Below, one piece after another: positions 18,214-28,464 of a stretch of DNA of 64,000 nt (the first letter of the stretch is position 1; each line of letters starts with the position of its first letter). The DNA comes from Promethearchaeota archaeon. Lineage in GTDB: Archaea > Asgardarchaeota > Lokiarchaeia > Sigyniarchaeales > SOKP01. The notes under the pieces were generated by a model, which searched no databases, was not told the origin of the DNA, and saw nothing but the letters and a program-made list of their open reading frames with translations. The translations under genes were made by a program, and so were the position numbers. The stretch is from positions 128,001-192,000 of the forward strand of contig JBHLOY010000006.1 of assembly GCA_048939995.1 (NCBI GenBank), written 5' to 3'.

Positions 18214-18693
18214 TTGATTTTCCCAGCAATTTGTATTGCCTGTGGAAAACATACAACAATCTCTCTAAAACATTACTTATTTGGAAACTACACCCCTTCT
18301 AAGGATTATAAAAATGATTATACAATAGCATTACCAGTTTGTGAAAAATGTAAACAGTATATTGAAATGAAGAAAGGTCTTGCGAGTAAAAGTGGAAAGT
18401 TTTTCTTGTTGTTCTCCTTATTGGGAATCACTTTATCTATTTTACTTTACTATTTCTTAAATGCAATCTACTTTAGTATAGGAGTTCTGGTAATTTCGAT
18501 ATTATTTCCCTATTTAAATCATCATAGAAAGATGAGAGTCAAAATAAAACTTTATGATATTGTGAAAACCAATTTAGATTCAAACACTAATACGATAAAA
18601 TTTTCCTTCATAAATGAAAGTTATGCTCAATATCTTAATGAGTTAAATAGTAAGGAAGAACCAAAGGCTATGATAAATTCAGAAGGAGATTAA
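18214..18693 (+). CDS. Zn-binding two-TM membrane protein (start may be further upstream, at ATT 18133)
   Basis: CIAC...CEKC followed by two hydrophobic helices. Confidence 0.75.
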   Translation: MIFPAICIACGKHTTISLKHYLFGNYTPSKDYKNDYTIALPVCEKCKQYIEMKKGLASKSGKFFLLFSLLGITLSILLYYFLNAIYFSIGVLVISILFPYLNHHRKMRVKIKLYDIVKTNLDSNTNTIKFSFINESYAQYLNELNSKEEPKAMINSEGD

Positions 18694-18712
18694 ATAGGAG
18701 ATAGATGTAAAA

Positions 18713-21700
18713 ATGAAAATTGAAAATAGGTTAATATCATTATTTTTGACTTTAATACTCCTTATCTCATTATATGTAAATGTATATAATTTCTCTTATA
18801 ACAAAACCCTAAAATATGAGAATCAAAAGCATTTTCATTTAAGTAATGGTGATCCAATTAATATAACTACTCCAGAAGATAAGATTTATATAGAACCCAT
18901 GAGTGGATATTATCCTGGGACATATGGATTTGAAAATGACTTAACAGGATATGATCCTGCTGAATGGGATGTATTCGAAGGTGCTGGCTATGTCAATATC
19001 AATGATGAAATGGAAAACCATTTTAAAGTAGTAGAAATTTATGATGGCAGCAATACAAATCATGATGAATTACATAAATCATTTCCAATTCAAAGTTACG
19101 GCACTGTAGAGTTTTGGATAATGTCAGATGATGTTTCGGACACACTTAGTATTAATTTATTAGATGATACTGCAACCAGCGTATGGGGGTCTTGTATTGG
19201 TTGGATTCAGTTCTATTCAGACATTATTAGGTATCAAGATGATATGGGAACACATGATACTTCTAAAACCGTATATGATAATACCTGGTATCATATAAAA
19301 GTTGAGTTTGAATGCTCTACGGGAAATTATCATGGATTAGTTCAAGACTCTTGGAGATTCTATGTTGATGGTGAATTATTTGGTGATTTCAACTTTCAAA
19401 ATAACATTGATAATGTTTCTCAAATTTATTTTTTTACACGGGGTTCTGATATAAATTATAAATATTATATTGATGCAGTAGGATTCTCCTGGGATCTAAA
19501 TTATCAAATAGGGGATAATCGATATGAAGGATTATTGTTGAGTTTTAATACCGCTTTTAATCCCGATTGGTTGGGCTATTCATTAGACGGATTAGCCAAT
19601 AAAACAATATCAGGAAACGTAACAATCCCATTACCCTCTAATGGAACACACAATATTCAGGTATTTGGAAATGATTCATTTAACAATAAATATGAATCAA
19701 CTTTGAGACAGTTCTCAATTGATACAAAGTTTTTAGAGATCATAACCCCTGAAAATAAGACATATTTATCCCCAATGAGTGGCTATTATCCCGCAACATT
19801 AGGATTTGAACATGATTTAGAAGGAGAAAATCCACTTAATTGTATTGTAGAAGAAATAGGAGGGGAGATCAACATTGTCGATAATGTTGATGGTCATAAT
19901 AAGGTTGTAGCGGTTGATGATACTAGTACTAGTGATTTTCCTTACTTTTATAATGCTTTTGATTCTCCGCAAACTTATGGAAGCTATGAATTCTGGGCCA
20001 GAACAACGGATGCAACTGGTTTTCAAGGACTTAGGCTCTACTCTGGAAGCATAATTGATTCCAACGTCCTGGTTGATTTTGTAATATCTAATGAAAATTT
20101 TCGATACTATGATGGAGCATGGCACGATATAACAAATTGTGATGATAATAAATGGTATCATATAGAGATTTCCTTTGAATGCACCACAGGAGGTTATAGA
20201 GAACTAAATCAATATAAATTCAAAGTCTGGATAAATGGGACTGAATATGGACAGTTTAGTATGTGGTATAATAAATCAAGCGCAGATAGAGTTCAATTTA
20301 TGGGAGGAAACCCAGAAGTACAAACTTTATTCATTGATGCCATAGGTTATTCGTGGGATCCAAATTATAACATTGGAGATAACTTGAATGAAGGAATATT
20401 ATTAAGTTTTAATTCAAAATTTACACTAGATTGGTCAGGTTATTCATTAGACGGGCTTTCTAATAGAACTATATTAGGGAACACAACGCTTAATGTACCA
20501 ATGGGAAAACACCAAATTCAAGTATTTGGAAATGACACCTTCGGAACCATGTATCAATCGGATAAAAGATTCTTTATTATATCTATTAATAATGAAAATA
20601 AACCTTCCTTATCTAATGCTAGGGTTACACCTACTTTAGGAAATCAAGGAACTTTATTTAATTTCTCAGTAGTTTATTTCGATCTGGATAACAATCACCC
20701 CACTAACATACATCTTATCATAAATAGCTCTGAAAATGAAATGGTAAAATTATATAGTTCAGATAACAATTATTCAGATGGAGTCATATACCATTGTTTA
20801 ACGTATCTTTTACCTTCCACTTATAATTATACTTATTTTTTCAATTGTAGTGATGGAATATATTACAACTCGACCAGAATATTTAATAATTTAAAAGTTA
20901 TAAGTACAAATCTTAAGAAACCTAGCCTTATTAATCCTCAATTCAACCCTGGAATTGGTGATAATTCTACAAGTTTTAATTTTGTTATCTTATATTACGA
21001 TGAGGATAATAACTTTCCATTACAGGTTAACATCACAGTAAATAATATAACTTACAACATGGTACCAAGTGATCCTTTAGATAAAATAGCAGTAGATGGA
21101 ATTGAATATCGTGTTAATATAACATTAGATTTCGGTTTCTGGAACTTTCAGATAAACTGCTCTGATGGATTATTTACTAATTCAACAGGTTGGATTGAAG
21201 GTCCCGAGGTCTCTCCCCTTTATAATATTGATCCTATAATCTTGTTAACACCAATCTATAACTCTCATTTTACTAGCGGATTTGTGAACTTCAGTTGGAC
21301 TAGCGTTGATCTTTTTATAGGTCCAGTTAATTATTCTGTACAAATTTCAAATAAATCCGATTTTTCAGAAATTATTTTCGAAGAGCATGATATTGTTGAA
21401 ATACCGGGAGTCTCAAGCAAAATCCTTTTTATAAACTTTTCTTCAAACATATATTATTGGAGAATTCGGCCCACATACATGCTTTTCAACGGGACTTGGT
21501 CAGAAATTTCTAGGTTTACCACCATAATTAATTATAACGCTCCTTTATTAATTTCTTCTACATTTTTACCTAGTTCTGGAACACAATATACCATCTTTCA
21601 TTTTACAATTACTTACTTTGATTCTGATAACAATGCCCCCTTTTATGTAAAGATTATCATTAATGGTACCTCTTACTTTATGGAAAAACAGGATCCAAAC

Positions 21701-22000
21701 GATGATGAATATACAGATGGATGTATTTATCAATATTATACGCTTTTAAAGCCATCAGCAAATTCTTATCACTATTCTTTTGAATGTAGTGATGGAAATT
21801 TTTTGAGTGCAACATCAGTTTTCATCGGACCTTTGGTTCAATTTCAAATTCCACAAAATGGAGGTCAAAATGACCTCTCTTTAGAGGTTTTATTAAATTG
21901 GATAATCATATTTAGTTTAGGATTGGGTATTTTAATTCCATTTCTTATTTTAGCTGAGCGTAAAATTAGAAAACAGAAACGATTATTAAAAATAAGATAG
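18713..22000 (+). CDS. Large modular cell-surface glycoprotein
   Basis: Signal peptide; two copies of a PMSGYYP...DAxGxSWD...IQVFGND unit; three copies of a YxDxDNNxP...DG...CSDG unit; many NxS/T sites; C-terminal TM with basic tail. Confidence 0.85.
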   Translation: MKIENRLISLFLTLILLISLYVNVYNFSYNKTLKYENQKHFHLSNGDPINITTPEDKIYIEPMSGYYPGTYGFENDLTGYDPAEWDVFEGAGYVNINDEMENHFKVVEIYDGSNTNHDELHKSFPIQSYGTVEFWIMSDDVSDTLSINLLDDTATSVWGSCIGWIQFYSDIIRYQDDMGTHDTSKTVYDNTWYHIKVEFECSTGNYHGLVQDSWRFYVDGELFGDFNFQNNIDNVSQIYFFTRGSDINYKYYIDAVGFSWDLNYQIGDNRYEGLLLSFNTAFNPDWLGYSLDGLANKTISGNVTIPLPSNGTHNIQVFGNDSFNNKYESTLRQFSIDTKFLEIITPENKTYLSPMSGYYPATLGFEHDLEGENPLNCIVEEIGGEINIVDNVDGHNKVVAVDDTSTSDFPYFYNAFDSPQTYGSYEFWARTTDATGFQGLRLYSGSIIDSNVLVDFVISNENFRYYDGAWHDITNCDDNKWYHIEISFECTTGGYRELNQYKFKVWINGTEYGQFSMWYNKSSADRVQFMGGNPEVQTLFIDAIGYSWDPNYNIGDNLNEGILLSFNSKFTLDWSGYSLDGLSNRTILGNTTLNVPMGKHQIQVFGNDTFGTMYQSDKRFFIISINNENKPSLSNARVTPTLGNQGTLFNFSVVYFDLDNNHPTNIHLIINSSENEMVKLYSSDNNYSDGVIYHCLTYLLPSTYNYTYFFNCSDGIYYNSTRIFNNLKVISTNLKKPSLINPQFNPGIGDNSTSFNFVILYYDEDNNFPLQVNITVNNITYNMVPSDPLDKIAVDGIEYRVNITLDFGFWNFQINCSDGLFTNSTGWIEGPEVSPLYNIDPIILLTPIYNSHFTSGFVNFSWTSVDLFIGPVNYSVQISNKSDFSEIIFEEHDIVEIPGVSSKILFINFSSNIYYWRIRPTYMLFNGTWSEISRFTTIINYNAPLLISSTFLPSSGTQYTIFHFTITYFDSDNNAPFYVKIIINGTSYFMEKQDPNDDEYTDGCIYQYYTLLKPSANSYHYSFECSDGNFLSATSVFIGPLVQFQIPQNGGQNDLSLEVLLNWIIIFSLGLGILIPFLILAERKIRKQKRLLKIR

Positions 22001-22026
22001 AAAAACTCCTTTTTTTTATCTATTTT

Positions 22027-22515
22027 CTAATATACTTCTTCGTATGGTCCACTAATTAATCCACCAATTAAGCCCCCTAATATTGCTCCAATTAGTGCAC
22101 TAATAATACCTCCAACTGTAGCAATCAATTGAGCTCCTTGAAATAATGCCGCTAAATCCTCACCTGATAACACACTAAGTAACCACCAAATCGCTAGATC
22201 CACTGCAGTGACTAATGAGCTTGCAATTAATCCTCTTTTAACTCCCTTTGAAATAGAACCGCTTAGATATCCTATAAAAATGCATGCTAAAAGTTGTGGA
22301 GCGAAAAAGTTAACTATAGAAGGATTCTCAGTAAAAAAAGAAATAAAATCATGTTCAAAGTTCCAACCAATTAATATGGTTACTATTTTTAAAGCATTTG
22401 ATCCTGCCGTAACTTGAATAATTGGAAGAATACCATCCATATCAAAGAATAAACCTGTAAAAAAGCTAAAGGCTATCCCTACAATGATTCCAATTACCAA
22501 TCGGTATGACACCAT
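22027..22515 (-). CDS. Gly-rich multi-pass membrane protein
   Basis: Hydrophobic helices with GxxxG repeats. Confidence 0.75.
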   Translation of the reverse strand: MVSYRLVIGIIVGIAFSFFTGLFFDMDGILPIIQVTAGSNALKIVTILIGWNFEHDFISFFTENPSIVNFFAPQLLACIFIGYLSGSISKGVKRGLIASSLVTAVDLAIWWLLSVLSGEDLAALFQGAQLIATVGGIISALIGAILGGLIGGLISGPYEEVY

Positions 22516-22713
22516 AATTTAAACCATATTTTTGAACTTCTATGTGATTTTTAAAATTTGATATTATTAGAAATTAATTCCGTTTTTTAATTCTTTAGTT
22601 CTAAGGCAAATAGTTGACTTCTTTTAATAAAATATTAAAATTATGCTATTTTATTTAATATATTTGAGATTATTTAATTAACTTATTAATTTACAAACTT
22701 TTAGGGTCACACC

Positions 22714-23526
22714 TTGGCTAAAAAGAAGAAAAAAACTGAAGAGGCTAAAAAAACCGAAGAAAAGGAAAACATAGAAGATTTTGAATTTGAGGAAGATTTC
22801 GTTGAGGATTTCGAAGAAGATCTTGATTTAGTTGAAGAACTCGATTTACTTGACACAGAAAGTATCGAAGAGGAGGCCGCAGCCGCCCAAAAAATAATTG
22901 ATAAGGATGAAGAGCAAAAACAACTCTATTTAAGTTGTGGGATACATATTGGGACAAAATTGCTTTCTGGAGATGCTAGAAGATTTATTTATAGACAGAC
23001 TAATTATGGGCTTTACGTTATCGATTTAACCAAAACAGATGAGCGTTTGAGAATTGCTGCTAAATTCTTAAGTAAATACATCGAAGAGGGGAGCGATCGA
23101 GTAATAGTAACCTCTGTTAGAAGGTATGGTAAAGAGCCCGTTCGAAGATTTTGTGAAGCTTTAGGCTGTAAAGCTATTGTTGATCGATTTATACCTGGAT
23201 CACTTACTAATCCTCAGATCGACGATTATATCAAAGATGCTTCAGTAGTAGTTATTGTTGATCCTCATGCAGATAAAGTCATCCTTCGAGAAGCAAAATT
23301 AGCCCGTATTCCTGTAGTCTCATTATTTGATACAGATGACATCCTTGATGGGATTGATCTGGCAATTCCTGCAAATAATCGGGGTAAAAAAGCATTAGGT
23401 CTAACATTTTGGTTATTAGCAAGACAAATTATGCTGGAACTTGGCAAAATCTCAAGTGAGGATGAATTTCCTTATTCTCTTGAACAATTTACTTCAAAAA
23501 TAGTCCCCGTATATAGACAGGAATAG
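22714..23526 (+). CDS. rps2: 30S ribosomal protein uS2 with acidic N-terminal extension
   Basis: GIHIGTK, RFIPGSLTNP, IPVVSLFDTD and IPANNRGKKALGL. Confidence 0.96.
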   Translation: MAKKKKKTEEAKKTEEKENIEDFEFEEDFVEDFEEDLDLVEELDLLDTESIEEEAAAAQKIIDKDEEQKQLYLSCGIHIGTKLLSGDARRFIYRQTNYGLYVIDLTKTDERLRIAAKFLSKYIEEGSDRVIVTSVRRYGKEPVRRFCEALGCKAIVDRFIPGSLTNPQIDDYIKDASVVVIVDPHADKVILREAKLARIPVVSLFDTDDILDGIDLAIPANNRGKKALGLTFWLLARQIMLELGKISSEDEFPYSLEQFTSKIVPVYRQE

Positions 23527-23545
23527 AACCAAATTAAGTTTGAAC

Positions 23546-24325
23546 TTATATAATTCTAGCAAATAGTTCTTTGGCACTTATATATGCCTTGCTTTCATTT
23601 GATAAAAGTAGTAGATTTTCTCCGACTAAATTCATTTTGCTAATTTCTTCATCGTTTGGTAATAATCCTAAAAATCTTACATTGTTTTGGTTTATTTTTT
23701 CTACACGTTCCATTATTAGCCTTTTTAAATCTTTTGGAAATCTATTTCCGATAATTAAAATATTTTCAAAATTTAGTTCCACATCTTTACTTACTTCAAT
23801 GATGCGTTCCATGGTATGAAACCCCATTTTACTAGGATCTGTTACAATAATAAGGTCTGTAACGTCCTGTCCTGTCTTTCGAGAAAAATATTCCAATCCA
23901 GCAGGAGCATCAATAAGAACAATATCGTAATTTTTTGCTAATACATCAATAATACGTTTTAGAGCATTATTAACGCTACAATAACATCCTGAACCTTCAC
24001 TTCGACCCATTTCTAAAATATCAAAATCATCCATCTCAAGTAAGGCATCAAAAACCTCAGATTCAATAATTTGATCCTTTGATACATCAAGTGGAATTTG
24101 TCTTTTTTGTATTTTATCTTTCAATAATGACATTTTACCTCCAACAGTTTCCTTAAAAGTGATTTCTTTTCCAATAATATCACCTATGTTTGCATCAGGA
24201 TCTGCATCGATTAATAATACATTTCTATACTTCTTTGTTTCCAAGATGTATTTAAGCATTAGAATTAGTAGTGTTGATTTCCCCACGCCGCCTTTTCCAC
24301 TAAAGGATATTACTTTTGGGTTCAT
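23546..24325 (-). CDS. cooC: CO dehydrogenase nickel-insertion ATPase, CooC/AcsF family
   Basis: GKGGVGKST, IDADPDAN, MGRSEGSGCYC and DAPAGLEYFSR. Confidence 0.85.
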   Translation of the reverse strand: MNPKVISFSGKGGVGKSTLLILMLKYILETKKYRNVLLIDADPDANIGDIIGKEITFKETVGGKMSLLKDKIQKRQIPLDVSKDQIIESEVFDALLEMDDFDILEMGRSEGSGCYCSVNNALKRIIDVLAKNYDIVLIDAPAGLEYFSRKTGQDVTDLIIVTDPSKMGFHTMERIIEVSKDVELNFENILIIGNRFPKDLKRLIMERVEKINQNNVRFLGLLPNDEEISKMNLVGENLLLLSNESKAYISAKELFARII

Positions 24326-24451
24326 ATGAGCCTTAACTATCTATTTTTAACTTCTTATGAAAGATAAAGAGAGATGTCATATAAGCTTTGATTTTATTTT
24401 TTATTGAAAAATCATGTTGATAATTTTATAAAAACAAAACTTACATCTATT

Positions 24452-25132
24452 TTACTTAAGGAAATAATCAAGATTTTTATATCGATATCGAAAACTCTTC
24501 TCAATCCCTCTTCTCATACCAGGTAATTCAAAACATTGCATCGGAATCATTTTTTTAAAAAATGGTTGATTCTCTCGTTCTGGAATATACTGGGACTTGT
24601 ATAAAGTCTCAAATATTTCTTTCCCAGAAAATTGAATGTCTTCAAAATAGGGAATTACTGGGCGATTTTTGCTAACTTTCTCCACAACACCTTTTAGAGA
24701 GGACTCAATTTCATCAATTTTTCCACTTTCATTGATAATACTAGTTTTTTTAGCATATTCATTATAAAGGCATATAACACACTTTGGCCATCTTTCATGA
24801 AAATATTGTAAAACGAGATCGATTACATTGTGTTTCAAAAAAACAACCCCGTACAAAACACCACGATTATTTATTTCTGTTCGTGTAAATTGCTTCGCTC
24901 TATAAGCTTCTTTAAATACTTCTCGCATCATTTGGTTAATTTTCCTTGCTTCGGGTATTCCAAGATTTCGTAAAACAACATTAGGTATTCTTTTGATTTG
25001 ATAAATTAAATTTGGAGTAAAAAACGCATGTCTTTTAAGGTTTTTGATTAATTCTTCGCGAGAATACCCTTTAGCACATCCTATTACCTCTAATGGGTCT
25101 TTTTGATAATTTTTTCCTTTCATTTTTTCCAC
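24452..25132 (-). CDS. DUF4130-like protein, partner of the DNA modification/repair radical SAM enzyme
   Basis: EAYRAKQFTR, HNVIDLV, YFHERWP and YKSQYIPEREN; 9 nt downstream of the radical SAM gene. Confidence 0.7.
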   Translation of the reverse strand: MEKMKGKNYQKDPLEVIGCAKGYSREELIKNLKRHAFFTPNLIYQIKRIPNVVLRNLGIPEARKINQMMREVFKEAYRAKQFTRTEINNRGVLYGVVFLKHNVIDLVLQYFHERWPKCVICLYNEYAKKTSIINESGKIDEIESSLKGVVEKVSKNRPVIPYFEDIQFSGKEIFETLYKSQYIPERENQPFFKKMIPMQCFELPGMRRGIEKSFRYRYKNLDYFLK

Positions 25133-25141
25133 ATCGAATAT

Positions 25142-26431
25142 TTAAATAAAGTTTGTAATTGTGCTCTGATTTTGGCTATTCAGCAAAATAAAAGGATCTG
25201 CTCTTTTAAGTACAACTCCAACTGATTTTAAATCAGCACGACGTACAAATATAAACTTTTTAGCTCTTAGATTAATAATTCTTTTTGCCGAAACAGGCCC
25301 AATTCCAGGTATACGAAGTAATTCATAATATGATGCTTTATTAGGATCTATTGGTCCAAAACTCTTATAATGTTGTCGTGCTAAATGAATTTTCGGATCT
25401 CCATCTGGTAAATTCCCTTGATCTGTTAGGATTTCTTTTAATTCTTTTAGAGTGTAATGATATATTCTTAGTAACCAATCCGATTGGTATAGTCTATGTT
25501 CTCTAGTTAATGAGGCAGCCTGTTTATCCTGCAAGGGACTACCTTTTATCGGTATGAATGAAGAAAAGTAAGCTCTCCTGAGATCAATTGCTTTATATCC
25601 CCAATCGATCCTTTTAAGTATATCAAAATCTGTTTCACTATCATTAGCACCCACGACAAACTGTGTCGTTTGTCCACTGTTTAAAATTGGAGCTCCATCC
25701 CAACGAAAACTTTTATAACCATCCTTTCGATGAGTTTTGATCATTTTTTTCTGGAAATTTAACTGATAATCATCTTTTAAATCTTTTAAAATCTTAAGAG
25801 CCTCTTCGTTATGTTTAATACGAAATTGTTTAATCCATTTTTGACGAGTTAATATGTCATTGTCAAAATCCTTTTGTTCAGCAATTTCGGCAAGATGTTC
25901 CTTACTAGATGCCTCCGAGTTAATTGAAATGCGATCTGCCAAAGATATAGCTTCTTTAAGAAGATATTGACTTACTCCAGGTAAACATTTAAAATGAATA
26001 TATCCTTGAAATTTATACTTAAATCTTAAAAGTTTTATCGCTTCTAGCATTTCCTCCGTTGTTTTATCAGCACTATTACACACGGCAGATGAAATAAACA
26101 CACCTTCCACTACATTCATAGAATATAACTTCATAAAGGTTCGGGCATATTCTTCCGGAGTAAAGCTCATTTTTTGCTTACAACTGTGAGAAAAACAATA
26201 TTTACAATTGTAAATACACTTGTTAGTGTATAAAGTTTTGAAAAGGCTCATACATCTCCCATCAGGAGTATAGCTATGGCAAATCCCTGCATTAGCAGTA
26301 GCACCTATCCATCCATTTGAATCTCCAAATAATTTTGGATATTTTTTTGTGCGACTGGAAGCGGTACTAGCACATATATCATATTTTGAATTCTCTCCCA
26401 ATACACGAATCTTTTCTAAGGTAGATGGCAA
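25142..26431 (-). CDS. Putative DNA modification/repair radical SAM protein with HhH motif
   Basis: GICHSYTPDGRC, CIYNCKYC, GQTTQF, REHRLYQSDWLLR and LLRIPGIG. Confidence 0.9.
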   Translation of the reverse strand: MPSTLEKIRVLGENSKYDICASTASSRTKKYPKLFGDSNGWIGATANAGICHSYTPDGRCMSLFKTLYTNKCIYNCKYCFSHSCKQKMSFTPEEYARTFMKLYSMNVVEGVFISSAVCNSADKTTEEMLEAIKLLRFKYKFQGYIHFKCLPGVSQYLLKEAISLADRISINSEASSKEHLAEIAEQKDFDNDILTRQKWIKQFRIKHNEEALKILKDLKDDYQLNFQKKMIKTHRKDGYKSFRWDGAPILNSGQTTQFVVGANDSETDFDILKRIDWGYKAIDLRRAYFSSFIPIKGSPLQDKQAASLTREHRLYQSDWLLRIYHYTLKELKEILTDQGNLPDGDPKIHLARQHYKSFGPIDPNKASYYELLRIPGIGPVSAKRIINLRAKKFIFVRRADLKSVGVVLKRADPFILLNSQNQSTITNFI

Positions 26432-26597
26432 ATTCTAATTCAACAAAATTATAAGATATATGCTTTATGTTTTGACGGTTAACTTATAAACTGGAGGGGA
26501 TTATTGAATTTTAAAACTTACTGATAAAAAAAACTTAATTTTAGTTTTATATTCATAAAACTATTGATTCAAAAATTATTAAATATTGAAAAAAAAG

Positions 26598-28415
26598 ATG
26601 CCAGAATATACAGGAGGAGAAATTATAACTAAATATTTGATAAAAGAAGGAGTCAACTATGTTATTGGAATTCCTGGACATGGATGTTTAGCCTTAGTTG
26701 ATGCCTTTTTTAAGGATAAAGAGCACTTGAAATTGGTTCAACCAAAGCAAGAAATGTCTGGCGTACATATGGCTGTCGGCTATTACAGAATAACAGGAAG
26801 ACCATTAGTTGTATTTACTTCAATAGGGCCCGGAGCTATTAACACTGCGATTGGTGTTGCTGATGCTTTTGTAGATTCCTTTCCCTGTCTTGTAATTACA
26901 GGAGATACACATGTACACATGAGAGGTAAGGGTGTTTTACAGGAGATAGAACGAAAAAAAGATTCAAGTATGCCTAAAATACTAGAATCAATAGTTAAAC
27001 GTAGTTTTGAGGTTGATACTGTTGGTCAGTTGCCTACAATAATGCAAAGAGCTTTCAATATAATGTTAACAGGGAGAAAGGGCCCTGTGCATATTGATCT
27101 TCCTATGGATGTCCAGGCAAATAGTATAGATGTAGAAATCCCAGAACCATTAGAAAGAAGATATCGAGGACGATTTATGGCTGATCCCGAATTAGTTCGA
27201 GAAGCTGCTAATTTACTTAAATCTTCTAAAAGACCTCTATTATTTATTGGTGGCGGTGCTATTACTTCTAATGCAAGTGAGGAGATTAAAATTCTAGCTG
27301 AAAAATTAGGAGCTGCTGTTGTAGTCACCATGATGGCAAAAGATATAATCGATAATACTCATCCGCTTTATTGTTGGTCAGCTGGTTCGAAAGGAACAAC
27401 TGTCGGTTTAAAGATGACATCTACTTCTGATGTTATTCTTGCAGTAGGATGTAGATTTGCTGATGAAACAGCAAGTTCTTATAAACAAGGTGTTAGTTTT
27501 TCAATTCCTCCTACAAAATTAATTCAAATTGATATAGACCCCCAAGAAATCGGTAAAAATTATCCTATAAAAGTGGGAATAGTTGGAGATGCGAAATCTT
27601 GCTTAAATCAACTCATTAATGAGTTGAGAGACTTTAAAAAAGATTACCAATCTACCTCATATTATAAAGAAATCCAAGAAGAGAAAAAAAAATGGTTTGA
27701 ATTTTTGAATCAGTATCGAGATGATTCAAAAGTTCCTGTAATGATATCTACAGTTTTAAGAGAAGTTCGAAAATTTTTTGATAGAGATGCTGTTATTGTT
27801 ACAAGTTCAGGTAATGTTCAAGCCCAGATGTTGCAGGAATTAGAGTTTTATGAACCAAAAACTTGCTTGACTGCGGGTGGATTCTCAACCATGGGTTATA
27901 GTGTTCCAGCTGCAATTGGAGCAAAATTAGGCTCAATTGATATTGGAAAACCAGATAGGCAAGTTGCTGCTCTAGTAGGAGATGGTGATTTCATGATGAC
28001 GATTTCTGAATTATCGGTTGCTGTGCAACTGGGATTAACTAACCTCTTTTTTATTGTAATAAATAATCACGGCTGGATTGCTATAAAAGATTTACAGCAA
28101 TCAGCTTTTGGAGAAGATCGTGGTTATGGTACGGCTTTTGAGAATAAGGATGGGACTAGCTATACTCCAGACTTTGCAGAAATTGGAGTTGCATTTGGTT
28201 GTTATTCAGAAAAGATTTCAAAAAAAAGTGAAATAATTCCGGCACTAGAGCGAGCTGCAAAATCAAAAAATCCAGCAGTTATTGAAATTGAGGTACAGAG
28301 AGAATACCCTTATACTGGATCTCCTGCAATTGGTTGGTGGGATGTGACCATCCCGAGTTACTTAAAAGATCGCAGGAAGAAGTATAATGAGGAAATTAAA
28401 GGAGAAAAACTTTAA
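26598..28415 (+). CDS. Thiamine-diphosphate-dependent enzyme (acetolactate synthase/IolD-like)
   Basis: GIPGHG, QEMSGVHMA, SIGPGAIN, GPVHIDLPMD, STMGYSVPAAIGAK and GDGDF...NN. Confidence 0.88.
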   Translation: MPEYTGGEIITKYLIKEGVNYVIGIPGHGCLALVDAFFKDKEHLKLVQPKQEMSGVHMAVGYYRITGRPLVVFTSIGPGAINTAIGVADAFVDSFPCLVITGDTHVHMRGKGVLQEIERKKDSSMPKILESIVKRSFEVDTVGQLPTIMQRAFNIMLTGRKGPVHIDLPMDVQANSIDVEIPEPLERRYRGRFMADPELVREAANLLKSSKRPLLFIGGGAITSNASEEIKILAEKLGAAVVVTMMAKDIIDNTHPLYCWSAGSKGTTVGLKMTSTSDVILAVGCRFADETASSYKQGVSFSIPPTKLIQIDIDPQEIGKNYPIKVGIVGDAKSCLNQLINELRDFKKDYQSTSYYKEIQEEKKKWFEFLNQYRDDSKVPVMISTVLREVRKFFDRDAVIVTSSGNVQAQMLQELEFYEPKTCLTAGGFSTMGYSVPAAIGAKLGSIDIGKPDRQVAALVGDGDFMMTISELSVAVQLGLTNLFFIVINNHGWIAIKDLQQSAFGEDRGYGTAFENKDGTSYTPDFAEIGVAFGCYSEKISKKSEIIPALERAAKSKNPAVIEIEVQREYPYTGSPAIGWWDVTIPSYLKDRRKKYNEEIKGEKL

Positions 28416-28464
28416 TCTTACATTTCCTTTTATTTCATACTTTTATCATTTTTAATCAAACATA

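Noticed and set aside
25680-25840. Basic insertion in the radical SAM protein as an intron or intein
   Set aside because: It is an open, protein-like frame in a variable region, with no intein terminal residues and no evident BHB.
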